A stretch of DNA of 64,000 nucleotides from the NCBI RefSeq assembly GCF_006345805.1, contig NC_043007.1, positions 57,164,001 through 57,228,000 on the forward strand, in the 5' to 3' direction. This DNA is from Octopus sinensis (taxonomy: Eukaryota). The notes under the pieces were generated by a model. That model had not been told where the DNA came from. It was given only the letters and a program-made list of their open reading frames with translations, and did not search any database. Positions 11,500-24,384 of the stretch are shown here, piece after piece; positions within the stretch are counted from its first letter, which is position 1; each line of letters starts with the position of its first letter. The position numbers and the translations under genes were made by a program.

Positions 11500-13200
11500 A
11501 CATATATGTTTTGTTCCAAGTATTCCAGTACTGAGTTCGCGAAAACTGGAGCAGATCGCGTCCCCATAGCTGTGCCTCGAATTTGGAGGTAATTTTTTTC
11601 TGTTGAAAAGGAATGTATTGTTTTCGAGGGTGGGGCTGACTGCCCCCAGTATGAAGGTTACAATAAATCAACTGGGGATCGCTTCTCTATGTTTCTCGAC
11701 CTAACATTTTATGGCAGTAATTCCCAAATTATGTGGAATGTTCGTATATAAGTTTCTCACATCAAAGTGAATTGGATTCTGTTGTTTTGGGAAGATGAGA
11801 CAGGTAATCGATGTCATCCCGAATGAAACTGGGTATGTGACTACATAGTAGTTTTAAGATAATGTCAATGTGATTGCTTAGACGATGTATGCGACAGGCT
11901 GGACCAGCTATAATGGGTCTTAGCTTAAGGTCTTTTGGTTGTAGTGGTTTTATGTATCCACTGCCTTGTATCTTTATGGCGTTTTGTAATTTCTTTTGAT
12001 TTATGTATTTTAGGTAAACCGTAGAGGTTGCTGGATTTCGACTCAAAATTGGTAATATAATCCCTTTCATTATATGTGAGGGAGTTATAATGCTTTGAGA
12101 TTAAATAGTTGAGTTTCTTCATGATGCAGTGGTCAATATTCGAGGGTATTTCATGTTGTATTCTTCAAATGACCTTCAGCTAGATCTCAGCAATATTTCG
12201 TATCCATTATAACAATGGCACTCCCTTTTTCTGCTTGTTTGATGACAACTGTGTTGTTATTTTTAAGACGTATAAGGGCAGACTTTTCTAGTTTTGAAAT
12301 GTTTGGTCTGACGTTGATGTTACGCCTCAGTGGAAATCTGGAGAGGATATCAATGAACTGATGTCGACGTGTATTTCGTCCTTTTGGTGGGTTAAATTTT
12401 GATTTATTTTTCACCAAGAATTCGCCATTCTCATTATTTTTATCAGTAAAAAGCTCCACAAATAGTTTCCGACAAAAGTTTTGGATATCTTTCTCCAATT
12501 CCTTGACTGTAGATGTAGGTGTGAATTTTAATCTTTTCATCAATAATCGAACTTTGACAGATTAATAATTTTAGCATCTATCCTATCAATTGTTTCACAG
12601 TTGTTTCTTCTTGGACTTTTTCTTTCTCTGGTGTTTGCTGTCCTGACCCTAAAATATAGATTCTTTTTTGTTTATTTTTTTCTTCTATTATTAACATCTT
12701 TCCTCTGGTGAGTTTTGTATTTTGGTGGTGGTGTTTGGTTAGGTATGTTTTTTCTCTTGTCCCTAGGTATAGGTATATTATATATATTTTCAGTTTGTGA
12801 AAACAATTTTTGGGGTTTATTTGACGGTTTACTATGTTTTTTCCTGTTCTGTTTCTAATAGGCGATTTTCGTTGAGGTCTTGAATGTAATTTCTTCCCGG
12901 TTTTTCTTCTAATATTTTGAGCAAATGAATATTTGTTTTGTTTATGGTATTCTTGTATGTTATGTATATTGGTACGTTTCTTTGTATTTTTAAATGATAA
13001 AAAGTTCTTACCGTAGTTCCTTGTGGTTGAGTATTTTCGTTGCCTCGTGTTTTCGTGTATGTTGTTTTAATTAGGTTGTTTTCTTATATTTCTTTTATGT
13101 GGTACTGAGGTGCCATTACCGTAATTTTCAGCATATTTATCAAGGAACAACCGTTTCTTTTGCCAACGGTTTATGAAAATGTTCAGACCAGTTCTGAAAG
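11500..13200 (-). mobile_element. Penelope-like element, 5'/RT portion, decayed
   Basis: KFTPT, KSKFNPP, VIKQAEKGSAIVIMD, LYGLPKIHK, LRPIIAG, GTAMGTRSAPVFAN. Confidence 0.88.
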
Positions 13201-13950
13201 GAAATAACAACAATAATATAACAACCAGTTAATGATGTGGATTAAAAAATATCTTTAACATATGAATACAAACAAATTACAGAAGAATCCCACCAATTGA
13301 AATAAAAACGATCGAAACCAGCTAAGTTTGCTCACTCATAAAACCATTACATGTAAACCACAAGCTAATTGGTTAAAATAAAGACGGGATTTATGCCAGT
13401 AATATCGGTACGCCCAGCAAACCGTGACGTTTAAGCTGCGTGAGGATTGGTCAAAACCGTATTCCAAAAATCATAATAACTATAATACTAAGTGAAATAC
13501 CACTGAATAAATAATGTACTCCATACAGTAAAATGTAAAGAAAATTGCTACAATTAATTGTCAAATAAATAAACATTTTAAAATCACGATTCAACTGTAA
13601 TACCAGTAGAATTGATTGTAAGACCAGAAACCAATTCGATTAAAAAAGTAACGCAATCACCTTCAATTGAATACCAACGCAGGTAGCTTGTTTGAATTAG
13701 TTCACTTTGAAAATATCTTAAGTGATGGACCCTTGATGAAATTGCAGCGACTGGGATGCATAATTGCATACAAAGCAATGTGTAGTTGCTGTAGCAGAAA
13801 CATATGTTGATCATTGTTATATATGGTGTAGAAAACTTTTTAACAAAAAAGTTTTGGATGTGGATAAATCTCCACTCTCCTCTTGGTTTTCAAACATATA
13901 TATACTATAAATATATAAACGCACACACCTCATGCACATATATATGTATG

Positions 13951-14044
<94 letters not shown>

Positions 14045-14237
14045 ATATATACATACATATCTATAATGTTTATGTATATATGTACGCACGTATGTATGCG
14101 TGAACGTATGCAATTGCCAATGCATGTACGTGTATTTTTATATATTTACGCATATATCCATTTGCAAATATCTATATGCATGTGTGTATATGTGTATGCG
14201 TGTATAATCGTGTAATCATTATAATACCTTTATTATT

Positions 14238-14640
14238 ACTCTTTTACTTGTTTCAGTCATTTGACTGTGGCCATGTTGGAGCATCGCCTTTAGTCGAGCA
14301 AATCGACCCCAGGACTTATTCTTTGAAAGCCTAGTACTTATTCTATCGGTCTCTTTTGCCGAACCGCTAAATGACAGAGACGTAAACGCACCAGCATCGG
14401 CTGTCAAGTGATGTTGGGAGGACAAACACAGACACATAAACATATGCACACACTTATACATACATATACATATATACGACGGGCTTCTTTCAGTTTCCGT
14501 CTACCAAATCCACTCACAAGGCTTCGGTCGGTCCTAGGCTATAGTAGAAGAGACTTGCCCAAGGTGCCACGCAGTGGGACTGAACCCGGAACCATGTGGT
14601 TGGCAAGCAAGCTACTTATCACGCAGCCACTCCTATGCCT
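14238..14640 (-). mobile_element. tRNA-derived SINE, family A
   Basis: Reverse complement of the 9181/22299 family over its full length. Confidence 0.88.
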
Positions 14641-14683
14641 ATTGATTGATTGATTGATTCTAGTTTTATTATTATTATTCTAC

Positions 14684-14759
<76 letters not shown>

Positions 14760-15233
14760 GAGTGAGAGAGCAGTTCATGCCATCAAAGTGACACTGGGCT
14801 AAAATATACGAAGCCCATATACCCATCATGACTACCCGTCTGATAAAGGTACACCAGGCACATGCATCACAACCATATGTGCGCGACATGGTGATCTCAT
14901 ATCAAGATAAACAGCACATGACCTTGCAGGTGGGGTCTAGTTAGAATTTTCTTCAGGTTGAGTAGCCCATCCAGCTCAAACGGTCCCTGAATAAGGGTTG
15001 TTTTAGGATGTTGAAAGAACCACCCATGTTTCCAGAGGTGAACTATTCAAACCCCAAAGAATCCCTCTCAACACATGGCTATGATGCTCCCCCACTACTT
15101 CTGCTCGTGATGAGAGATGCACATATCGTCAGCCACTAAGGGACATGCTCAACTGGTTAGGTCAAACAACTGACAAGCAAATCTGTGGTATTGAGCAGAA
15201 TATTTGCGGTAGCCCATCTTATTATTATTATTA

Positions 15234-15269
<36 letters not shown>

Positions 15270-15773
15270 TATTATTATTTATTATTATTATTATTATTGA
15301 GTGAGAGAGCAGTTCATGCCATCAAAGTGACACTGGGCTAAAATATACGAAGCCCAATATACCCATCATGACTACCCGTCTGATAAAGGTACACCAGGCA
15401 CATGCATCACAACCATATGTGCGCGACATGGTGATCTCATATCAAGATAAACAGCACATGACCTTGCAGGTGGGGTCTAGTTAGAATTTTCTTCAGGTTG
15501 AGTAGCCCATCCAGCTCAAACGGTCCCTGAATAAGGGTTGTTTTAGGATGTTGAAAGAACCACCCATGTTTCCAGAGGTGAACTATTCAAACCCCAAAGA
15601 ATCCCTCTCAACACATGGCTATGATGCTCCCCCACTACTTCTGCTCGTGATGAGAGATGCACATATCGTCAGCCACTAAGGGACATGCTCAACTGGTTAG
15701 GTCAAACAACTGACAAGCAAATCTGTGGTATTGAGCAGAATATTTGCGGTAGCCCATCTTATTATTATTATTA

Positions 15774-15809
<36 letters not shown>

Positions 15810-16306
15810 TATTATTATTTATTATTATTATTATTTTATTATTATTGAGTGAGAGAGCAGTTCATGCCATCAAAGTGACACTGGGCTAAAATATACGAAG
15901 CCCATATACCCATCATGACTACCGTCTGATAAAGGTACACCAGGCACATGCATCACAACCATATGTGCGCGACATGGTGATCTCATATCAGATAAACAGC
16001 ACATGACCTTGCAGGTGGGGCCTAGTTAGAATTTTCTTCAGGTTGAGTAGCCCATCCAGCTCAAACGGTCCCTGAATAAGGGTTGTTTTAGGATGTTGAA
16101 AGAACCACCCATGTTTCCAGAGGTGAACTATTCAAACCCCAAAGAATCCCTCTCAACACATGGCTATGATGCTCCCCCACTACTTCTGCTCGTGATGAGA
16201 GATGCACATATCGTCAGCCACTAAGGGACATGCTCAACTGGTTAAGGTCAAACAACTGACAAGCAAATCTGTGGTATTGAGCAGAATATTTGCGGTAGCC
16301 CATCTT
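14760..16306 (-). repeat. Three near-identical tandem copies of a ~460-bp (AAT)n-tailed element separated by (TTA)n
   Basis: Copies at 14760-15220, 15299-15760 and 15847-16306; diverged relative at 45142-45675. Confidence 0.95.
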
Positions 16307-16319
16307 ATTATTATTATTA

Positions 16320-16401
<82 letters not shown>

Positions 16402-16409
16402 CATTATTG

Positions 16410-17445
16410 TTATTTCTCTTTATCACAGGTTTTGTTGGAGCTTCTGGAGTCTTGCGTGCATAGCATGCTTACTACCTGCAGCCTACGGTACCATGCTATC
16501 CATTCTTTTCAGCTATCTAATACTTTCCTAATTATTCTGGCCGTACCAAGGCGGCAAACCCTTTGTAACACTTCTACTGAGCATTCTCTTCCAATTTCCT
16601 TTATATTCCCCTTGATACCTTCTGATACTGTCCCCAAGGATCCAACAATAATTGGCACTACATTCACCTTCTTCACTTTCCATAGCCGGGCTATTTCGTT
16701 CTTAAGAGGGTTATATTTAACTATTTATTCGCCTTCCTTCTTGACTATTCATGGGTCAAAGGGGCATGCAACATCAACTATATAGCATATGTGGTGCATC
16801 TTGTCCACCACCACCAGGTCGGGTCTGTTATACTCTAGAATCTGATCTGTTTGGATTGGGAAGTCCCAAAAGATGTTGCTAGTCTCCGACTCAGCCACTC
16901 TCTGCGGTTTGTATTCATACCACGTCTTGCTTCTCTCTAGCCTCCACTTTTCCCTCAGTTTCAATTGTAGCACTTTCGCTACCTGATCGTGTCGCCACAA
17001 CTTGTAATCGTTTTAGGTAAGTCTAGGGAATTCGTTCGTAATATGGGCAACGGTTTCATCCACTCTATTGCAGAAGGCTCGACACAGCAGAGGCTCTGCA
17101 AGGTTTACCATCCACTTCGTGGACAAAGTTTGCCCTTGCGCTGCCTCTTTTTTTAGTGTTCCTTTCATCGGCCAATCCCACCTATTTTTTCCAACAACTT
17201 CTGTTGTGACTACATGGAATTGATTGTGCGGTCCCCACTTGCGTAATTATTCTTCATGTCCTCTGTGCAGTTTTTCCTTTGTTTTCCCTTTTTTCTCTAC
17301 TTTCAATAATCCCACGTTCCTAATTGTCGCTAGCAAGGTTTCCTTATTTTCGGCCAGGTATCTCATTAAGCTCTCGAGTTCAATACGCACACAAGTCTTG
17401 CATACTTATCAGTCCTCTTCCTCCATTTGCTCGATTCATGTATAA
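16410..17445 (-). mobile_element. R4/Dong-type LINE 3' fragment (zinc-knuckle remnant plus RLE)
   Basis: RHDQVAKVLQLKL, FWDFPIQTDQILEYNRPDLVVVDK, IVDVACP, VVPIIVGSLG; the 3' end runs into (AAT)n. Confidence 0.9.
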
Positions 17446-17454
17446 GCGATCAGT

Positions 17455-18145
17455 GTCCGCATGTAAATGAATGTGCACCACGCATCATTAGAAGCTTTCT
17501 TGATTTCCTTCTCTGTCCACTCCAAGATTCCAGTAAATGTTGTGTATAGAACACAATGTAACAAATGCAACAAGTTCTATGTGGGTAGCACAACAAGACT
17601 GTTACACGTTCGCATCAAAAAATATATGAACATGAGAGCCTCCTCCTTCAGAAAACATCTAGACAGATGCCGGAACACTGACAAAAGCATAACAATCACA
17701 AGTGAGGCCAATGCAAGAAATTTGGGTAATCTAAGAATTAAGGAAGCTATCCTCATAGATAGATTAGGGCCCCAAATTAACAATAGGCTGGAGGCTGGTA
17801 GTCAATATATTATTTAGCTACATCTGGACGCGTGTAAGTTCATTTTTGATAACATGCTCATGTATTATTTATAAATAAAAATAAAAGGAGAAAAAACAAG
17901 GAAACTGCACATATAATAATAACAATTTAGAAGCAGCGTTACGGATGTGCCAGCACACACGAGCTTGAGACATGGCCGCCCTCACGCACTTCTCATGAGG
18001 AATTCCGGAAGGAGCTTCGTGAGACCACTGCAAAGATGCTTCCAGGAAAAAAAAAAACGTTGGAAAATCGATTATAGCAGTGACTCGATCAATTCCGAAG
18101 GTTATCTGAAGAAGAATTTTTTATATTCCGAAATATTATATCAGA
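17455..18145 (+). mobile_element. Penelope-like 3' fragment (GIY-YIG plus 3' region)
   Basis: ORF 17467-17817: NVVYRTQCNKCNKFYVGSTTRLLHVRIK...LRIKEAILIDRLGPQINNR; HHR-like motif downstream on the same strand. Confidence 0.85.
18101..18142 (+). ncRNA. Minimal hammerhead-like motif
   Basis: GUUAU-CUGAAGA-AGAAU uuuuuau AUUCC-GAAA-UA-UU/AUAUC. Confidence 0.45.
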
Positions 18146-18587
18146 CTGTAATTAAATTATAACAGTGATTATAGTCCATTGCTGTTATTATAGTGCATTG
18201 CTGTGCCTTTCAAAACATATTTTTTTGTGAAATTTAAAATTTTACTCACAGGTGTGCAGTTTTCGTCTAGAAATGTGTTTACATTTTTACGCACATGTTG
18301 CTGTAACAGTTTTTCTGGGGGAAGTTATTTTTGCATATATATACTGTATATAAGAAAAATCTTTGTTTCCAGAGATGGCTTACATTTAGAAATAGTTTTC
18401 TTTCATTGTTTTTGTGGATTCTTAATTTCTGCTTCGTGATAGTTTCAGATTTGATTTATCTTCTCAGCAACTCGCTGTCACACGTCCATGCTGTTTGATA
18501 TTCGCTGCGGTATTCTCCTTGCATAGTAGTGCGTGTAAATCATAGATCAACTATTTCATAGTATTAATGATTATCTGTCATCCTTTC

Positions 18588-18644
<57 letters not shown>

Positions 18645-18675
18645 GTTGTTGTTGTTGTTATTATTACTATCATCA

Positions 18676-18717
<42 letters not shown>

Positions 18718-18725
18718 TATTATTA

Positions 18726-18763
<38 letters not shown>

Positions 18764-18765
18764 TA

Positions 18766-18797
<32 letters not shown>

Positions 18798-18799
18798 TC

Positions 18800-19470
18800 A
18801 GTAGCTTTATTTTATAGCGTGCTTTCACTTCACTACCGAGCGCAGCTCTGTGTGCCTTGGGTATGTGCTGTGATTTGTTGTGATGCTCTGATGGTTATTG
18901 TATGGAAAGTGTTCTGAGTAGGATGTGTGCAGTGCCTAGTAGTGCAATTTTCTGATGTTATATGTGTTTGTAAGTCCTGGTGTTTTGTTATGTATTTGTC
19001 TGAATATTTTTTTATCATGCCTAATGCACCTACTATGATAGGAATTGTTTCTGTTTTCAGATTCCACATTCTAGTTACCTCTATTTCCAGGTCTTTGTAT
19101 TTTGAGAGTCTCCATTTCTTTTAGAGACACGTTGTCATCAGCCCGTATTTTACATCAATTAGAAAGCATTTTTTTCTTCATGATCTCTGACAACTATATC
19201 TGGTGTTGGCCTTAATTTCTCTATCTGTGTGTATCGGCATATTCCAGAGTATGGTTGCTTCTCGTTTTCTGTGACCTTTTCTGGTGTGTGCCTATACCAT
19301 CTTTTTTCTGTTGTTATTCCATAATGTTGGCATAGCTTCCAATGTATGTAGGTTCCAACTCTGTCATGTCTGTGAATATATTCCTTCTTAGCCAGGACTG
19401 GGCAGCTAGAGATAATATGATTTATTGTTTCTTGTCCATCTCCTCATATTCTGCAATAATTCTTCTTCTT
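18800..19470 (-). mobile_element. R4/Dong-type LINE 3' fragment flanked by (TTA)n on both sides
   Basis: PDIVVRDHEEKKCFLIDV, KYKDLEIEVTRMWNLKTETIPIIVGALG; trinucleotide tracts at 18570-18800 and 19480-19610. Confidence 0.88.
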
Positions 19471-19509
19471 CTTCTTCTTATTCTTATTATTCTTATTATT
19501 ATTATTATT

Positions 19510-19611
<102 letters not shown>

Positions 19612-19964
19612 ACGATTGTACATGCTAATTTAGTAGATATTTTATCTTAAGTTTTGGTGACAACAAATCTCATCAAATCTCAAGAATCTTTCATAAGATT
19701 CTTGCAGAATATAAAGTGGTACTTTTCTGTGCGTCGACAATGCGATTTCCTACGATTTCCTATGTGTGTGTGTGTGTGTGTGGTTACCAGCATGGCCACA
19801 GTCTAATGACTAAAACAAGTCAAAGATAAAAGATATATGTTTTCGAGTGAAAGTTCGTGGATTTGTGGCTGGGTGTTCGGCTCACCATCTTAAGATCTTG
19901 AATTCAATTTCTGGCGGTGTGTTGTGTTCTGGAGCAAGATACTTTATTTCATGTTTATTACAAG

Positions 19965-20345
19965 AAACAGGTCGGTTTCTTTCTGTAACGTTTTACATAG
20001 TTCAACCTACACAAATTAATGTGTGAAAAACCAAGTCTCTTCAAGGAAACCAGCTGGATCTATCTCAAACATTATCAGATTTTCCTGTATTATGATCAAC
20101 CTGGTGCTGTTTTGATTAGGTGTCAGAAGAGTTGACACCCACCGGGCAGAAACCTTCGTCATGCCAAGAATATTCTCAATATCCAACATGTGCAGAATAT
20201 TCTCAACTCTCTCATGTGCTATGCTAATCGCATTGGCTATTTCATTTATAGTCAGTCACCTGTCATCCATCACCATGTGGTAAACATCATCAATGTTTTC
20301 CTCGGGAAGAGAAAATTTCAAACCACCTGTTGTGGGTTTTGAATG
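19965..20345 (-). mobile_element. Mariner transposase 5' fragment
   Basis: Minus strand EENIDDVYHMVMDDR*LTINEIANAISI...GMTKVSARWVSTLLTP. Confidence 0.75.
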
Positions 20346-20634
20346 ATGAGAATTCTTATGCATATCTATCGTTACTAATAAAATAAGGCGGAATTAGGAT
20401 GTGTAGATGGCGAAATTGGTAGAGCATCGGCATAATATCTTGCTACGGTTACTGATACTCTCAGCTCAGTTCCCTCCCAGGTCTATTTTGCAGTTTTTCT
20501 ACTTGATCTCTATAAAATAAGATCAAGTGGTTAAACGCGTGTGTTGAGGGCATAGTATAGGACTAGATGTTGGAGAATGTCCCCTCAGAATGGTGACAGC
20601 AGTGACGGAAACTTATATAGAAATGTAAATAAAT

Positions 20635-20709
<75 letters not shown>

Positions 20710-20740
20710 CAATAAATATGTTTGTATGCAAGCATGCATG

Positions 20741-20772
<32 letters not shown>

Positions 20773-20843
20773 TGTATGTATGTATGTATGTATGTATGTA
20801 TGTATGTATGTATGTATGCATGCATTATCTACCTATCTATCTA

Positions 20844-20888
<45 letters not shown>

Positions 20889-21056
20889 TTTATTTAAAAG
20901 CAGCAGAAATTTAACAAAAGCTGTTACTCGGAGTTTCACGTTCCCAGTTCGTCGGACAGTCTTGTTAACTGCTGATTCTAAATAAAGCATATTACTCTTC
21001 CTCTGGTGTTTGAATACTCTTTTTTCCACCTTGTTTCACATTTATGTGTTTACTCC

Positions 21057-21132
<76 letters not shown>

Positions 21133-21138
21133 ATATGT

Positions 21139-21238
<100 letters not shown>

Positions 21239-21267
21239 GAAAGAATATCGCTATGGGCTCTGTGTTA

Positions 21268-21610
21268 GCAATCATCTAAAAGTTTTTTGTGCATTTTGAT
21301 GTTGACATAAATTCCTTGCTTTTCCTGATGAGAAAGCGACATAATGTGCTCCTTATTCCTTCGCAATTAGGAATATGCAGCCTTCGAAACATATGTCGAA
21401 AATAAAGGAATTTTGTTAATTCGTCGTTCAACTCCATTCTTTCATATATTTATATTTTTAAAATAAACATACAAATTTCCACACGAAAGCACGTAATCTA
21501 TGCCCTAGGCACGTAACTTCAACCGTGTTTTTTCTGATGTGAATTTGCTACCCAGGTATCGGTTAATTCGAATTATCCTTAATAAGATAATTCATTCAAC
21601 TACTCAAATA
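21268..21610 (+). repeat. HHR-bearing non-coding repeat (second copy at 33566-33880, minus)
   Basis: The reverse complement aligns to 33566-33880 over about 320 bp, with a ~20-bp indel between CACGTAA repeats. Confidence 0.88.
21305..21416 (+). ncRNA. Type I hammerhead ribozyme, intact core, long stem I
   Basis: CUGAUGA (21325-31), stem II GAAAGC/GCCUUC, GAAA, CAUAUG, predicted cleavage GUC after 21397. Stem I about 17 bp with a 2x2 internal loop. Confidence 0.75.
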
Positions 21611-22191
21611 TGTATATATATATATATTATATATATTATATATATATAATTCTCTCCCTGATAATAAATTACAGCTTTTTCCGTAGAATTTTTTGCTCGA
21701 CAACACACTTGGGTAGGCGAGGGAGAATACGGGACCTCATTCGTATGTTTTGAATTCGTCGTTACTGGTCATGGATATAGTTTTTCTGATGTTACTTGAG
21801 TCAGATAGGTATGTTCAGTTTTTTCAGTGCTCTCAAATTTAAAATCCTGAAATACTGTGCTGAGGAGGAAAAGGATTAGAATGGAAATGTGATTCTCGCT
21901 TTTTTCATATCTATCTAATTCCGAAACGCGTCCACAGTTAATCAAATGCCAAGTGAATTTCGTTGTTTTTCCTATCTGCATACGTAAATTGTTTTTGAGT
22001 ATATATTGTCTGGGAGTTGTTTCTTACTGTAGAAGAAATAGCTAGGTTCTTTGGCTGCTATTTCTAAAGTTCGGTGTGTGGTGAAGCAAATTTTTTGCCT
22101 AACTCTAATTATAATTATACCCATAATTATAATATATATAAGACGTGGAACAAGTATAGTGTTATTGGACGCTCAGGAAAGGAAAAAAGAA

Positions 22192-22230
22192 GGATTTAAC
22201 GTTTCGAGCAGAGCTCTTCATCAGAAACCT
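22192..22230 (-). ncRNA. Minimal type I hammerhead ribozyme
   Basis: GGUUU-CUGAUGA-A-GAGC ucu GCUC-GAAA-CG-UU/AAAUCC. Confidence 0.65.
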
Positions 22231-22298
22231 AGAATAAGGAAAGATCCAAGGAAGGGAAGAGAGACAGAGGGGAAAAAAAATATACATATATATATATA

Positions 22299-22733
22299 GC
22301 AGGAGTGGCTGTGTGGTAAGTAGCTTGCTAACCAACCACATGGTTCCAGGTTCAGTCCCACTGCGTGGCATCTTGGGCAAGTGTCTTCTGCTATAGCCCC
22401 GGGTCGACCAATGCCTTGTGAGTAGATGTGGTAGACGGAAACTGAAAGAAGCCTGTCGTATATATGTATATATATATGTATATATATATGTATATATATG
22501 TATGTGTGTGTCTGTTTGTGTGTCTGTGTTTGTCCCCCCTAGCATTGCATGACAACCGATTCTGGTGTGTTTACGTCCCCGTCACTTAGCGGTTTGGCAA
22601 AAGAGACTGATAGAATAAGTACTGGGCTTACAAAGAATAAGTCTTGGGGTCGATTTGCTCGACTAAAGGTTGTGCTCCAGTATGGTCGCAGTCAAATGAC
22701 TGAAACAAGTAAAAGAGTAAAATAGTAAAAGAA
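22299..22733 (+). mobile_element. tRNA-derived SINE, family A
   Basis: Full-length homologue of 9181-9678. Confidence 0.88.
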
Positions 22734-22906
22734 TATATATATATACAAATAAGAAAATGGAGAAACAAATTCATTTCGATCATCAACTTACGGATATTAC
22801 AATTTCACATTTTTATTAATTATACAAATCGAAACATGAAAATCGAACAAAACAATATACATCAATATGTAAAATAATAATAAAAATAAAAATAAAACAA
22901 ATAAAC

Positions 22907-23041
22907 TGCTCCTTACAGCTGTTTCAGCCTATGGTCAAGAGACAATCCAACTTAAATTGCCTATAGATGCCGTTGTAATATAGTCCTAGGCATTAAAGAT
23001 TATATTTGTATGTTTAAACAACCAAAGGCTTCATCAGAGGA
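22907..23041 (-). ncRNA. Hammerhead ribozyme with large loop II (left arm)
   Basis: UCCU-CUGAUGA-AGCCUUUGGU..~90 nt..ACCAUAGGCU-GAAA-CAGCUG-UA/AGGA. Confidence 0.7.
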
Positions 23042-23896
23042 TATACATAACTATAAAAGTATAATAATAATATTGATATATAAAAAACATGCTTCCCATT
23101 ACTATCCAATAAAAACAAGAAAATAAATATTAAGACAGATATCCAAAATACATACATATACCTATATATATATGTATATACTCAGAAACACATATATACA
23201 TATAAAATATACAAATATACATACATATACATACATAGGCAAATCGTACATATTAATCACATGTGCAAAATACCTAAAGAACAACATTGAACAGTATATC
23301 ACATTACACTGGATTATCATGCTTCGTATAGTTCAGTAAATGCATTCTAACGTAATATACTACCACTTTTAACAAAACCAACAGTAATGTTGTTTTAACG
23401 GTAATACTAAACGGTAATACTAAACAAAAATTCATGAAACAAGGTACCAAGTATAAATGTTCACACATACACATATATATACACATATGCACAAACAAGA
23501 TATTTGCGTATGAATATGTTATACAAACATAATCTAAATAATACTTAACTCATCCGCTTAACACGAATAAGTTAAATGCTAGCATCCAAAACATTCAGTC
23601 CGAATTTCAAGTCCAGGTAAGGTCAGTTCCACAAAATATAAGTCCCGTTATATGCATATGTCCACTGGTTTTTTGCACATGTGATTAATATGTACGATTT
23701 GCCTATGTATGTATATGTATGTATATTTGTATATTTTATATGTATATATGTGTTTACGAGTATATATATATATATATGTATATGTATGTATTTTGGATAT
23801 CTGTCTTAATATTTATTTTCTTGTTTTTATTGGATAGTATGTAAAGCATGTTTTTTATATATCAATATTATTATTATAATTTTATAGTTATGTATA

Positions 23897-24030
23897 TCTT
23901 CTGATGAGGCCTTTGGTTGTTTAAACATACAAATATAATCTTTAATGCCTAGGACTATATTACAATGGTATCTATAGGCAATTTAAGTTGGATTGTCTCT
24001 TGACCATAGGCTGAAACAGCTGTAAGGAGC
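23897..24030 (+). ncRNA. Hammerhead ribozyme with large loop II (right arm)
   Basis: CUGAUGA at 23901-07, GAAA at 24013-16, CAGCUG, predicted cleavage GUA after 24024. Confidence 0.7.
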
Positions 24031-24384
24031 AGTTTATTTGTATTATTTTTATTTTTATTTTTATTATTATTTTACATATTGATGTATATTGTTTTGTTCG
24101 ATTTTCATGTTTCGATTTGTATAATTAATAAAAATGTGAAATTGTAATATCCGTAAGTTGATGATCGAAATGGATTTGTTTCTCCATTTTCTTATCTGTA
24201 TTATGAATTTACGGTAAAATATTTTTACATTCACCCATTCAATACAATAAATGAATTAATTGCATTGCAATTATAAGCATTTATGTATTTAGTATTTGGG
24301 TACTTTACCAGCAGTATATTGGATAACCGATATCCCATAGTGGGTTACTTTCATAAACTCTATCTTACTTTGTACTATATATAT

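Larger units (their letters stand above)
22745..24200. repeat. Fold-back element: ~525-bp near-identical inverted arms, ~400-bp spacer, no ORF
   Basis: 22745-23270 is the reverse complement of 23671-24200 with few mismatches. Confidence 0.93.

Noticed and set aside
14760-16306. CRISPR-like or satellite gene array
   Set aside because: The long units are identical and the short parts are microsatellite, the reverse of CRISPR; the context is eukaryotic.
21530-21595. Second HHR-like motif CUGAUGU...GAAU
   Set aside because: A9 and A15.1 are both non-canonical and there is no valid NUH triplet.
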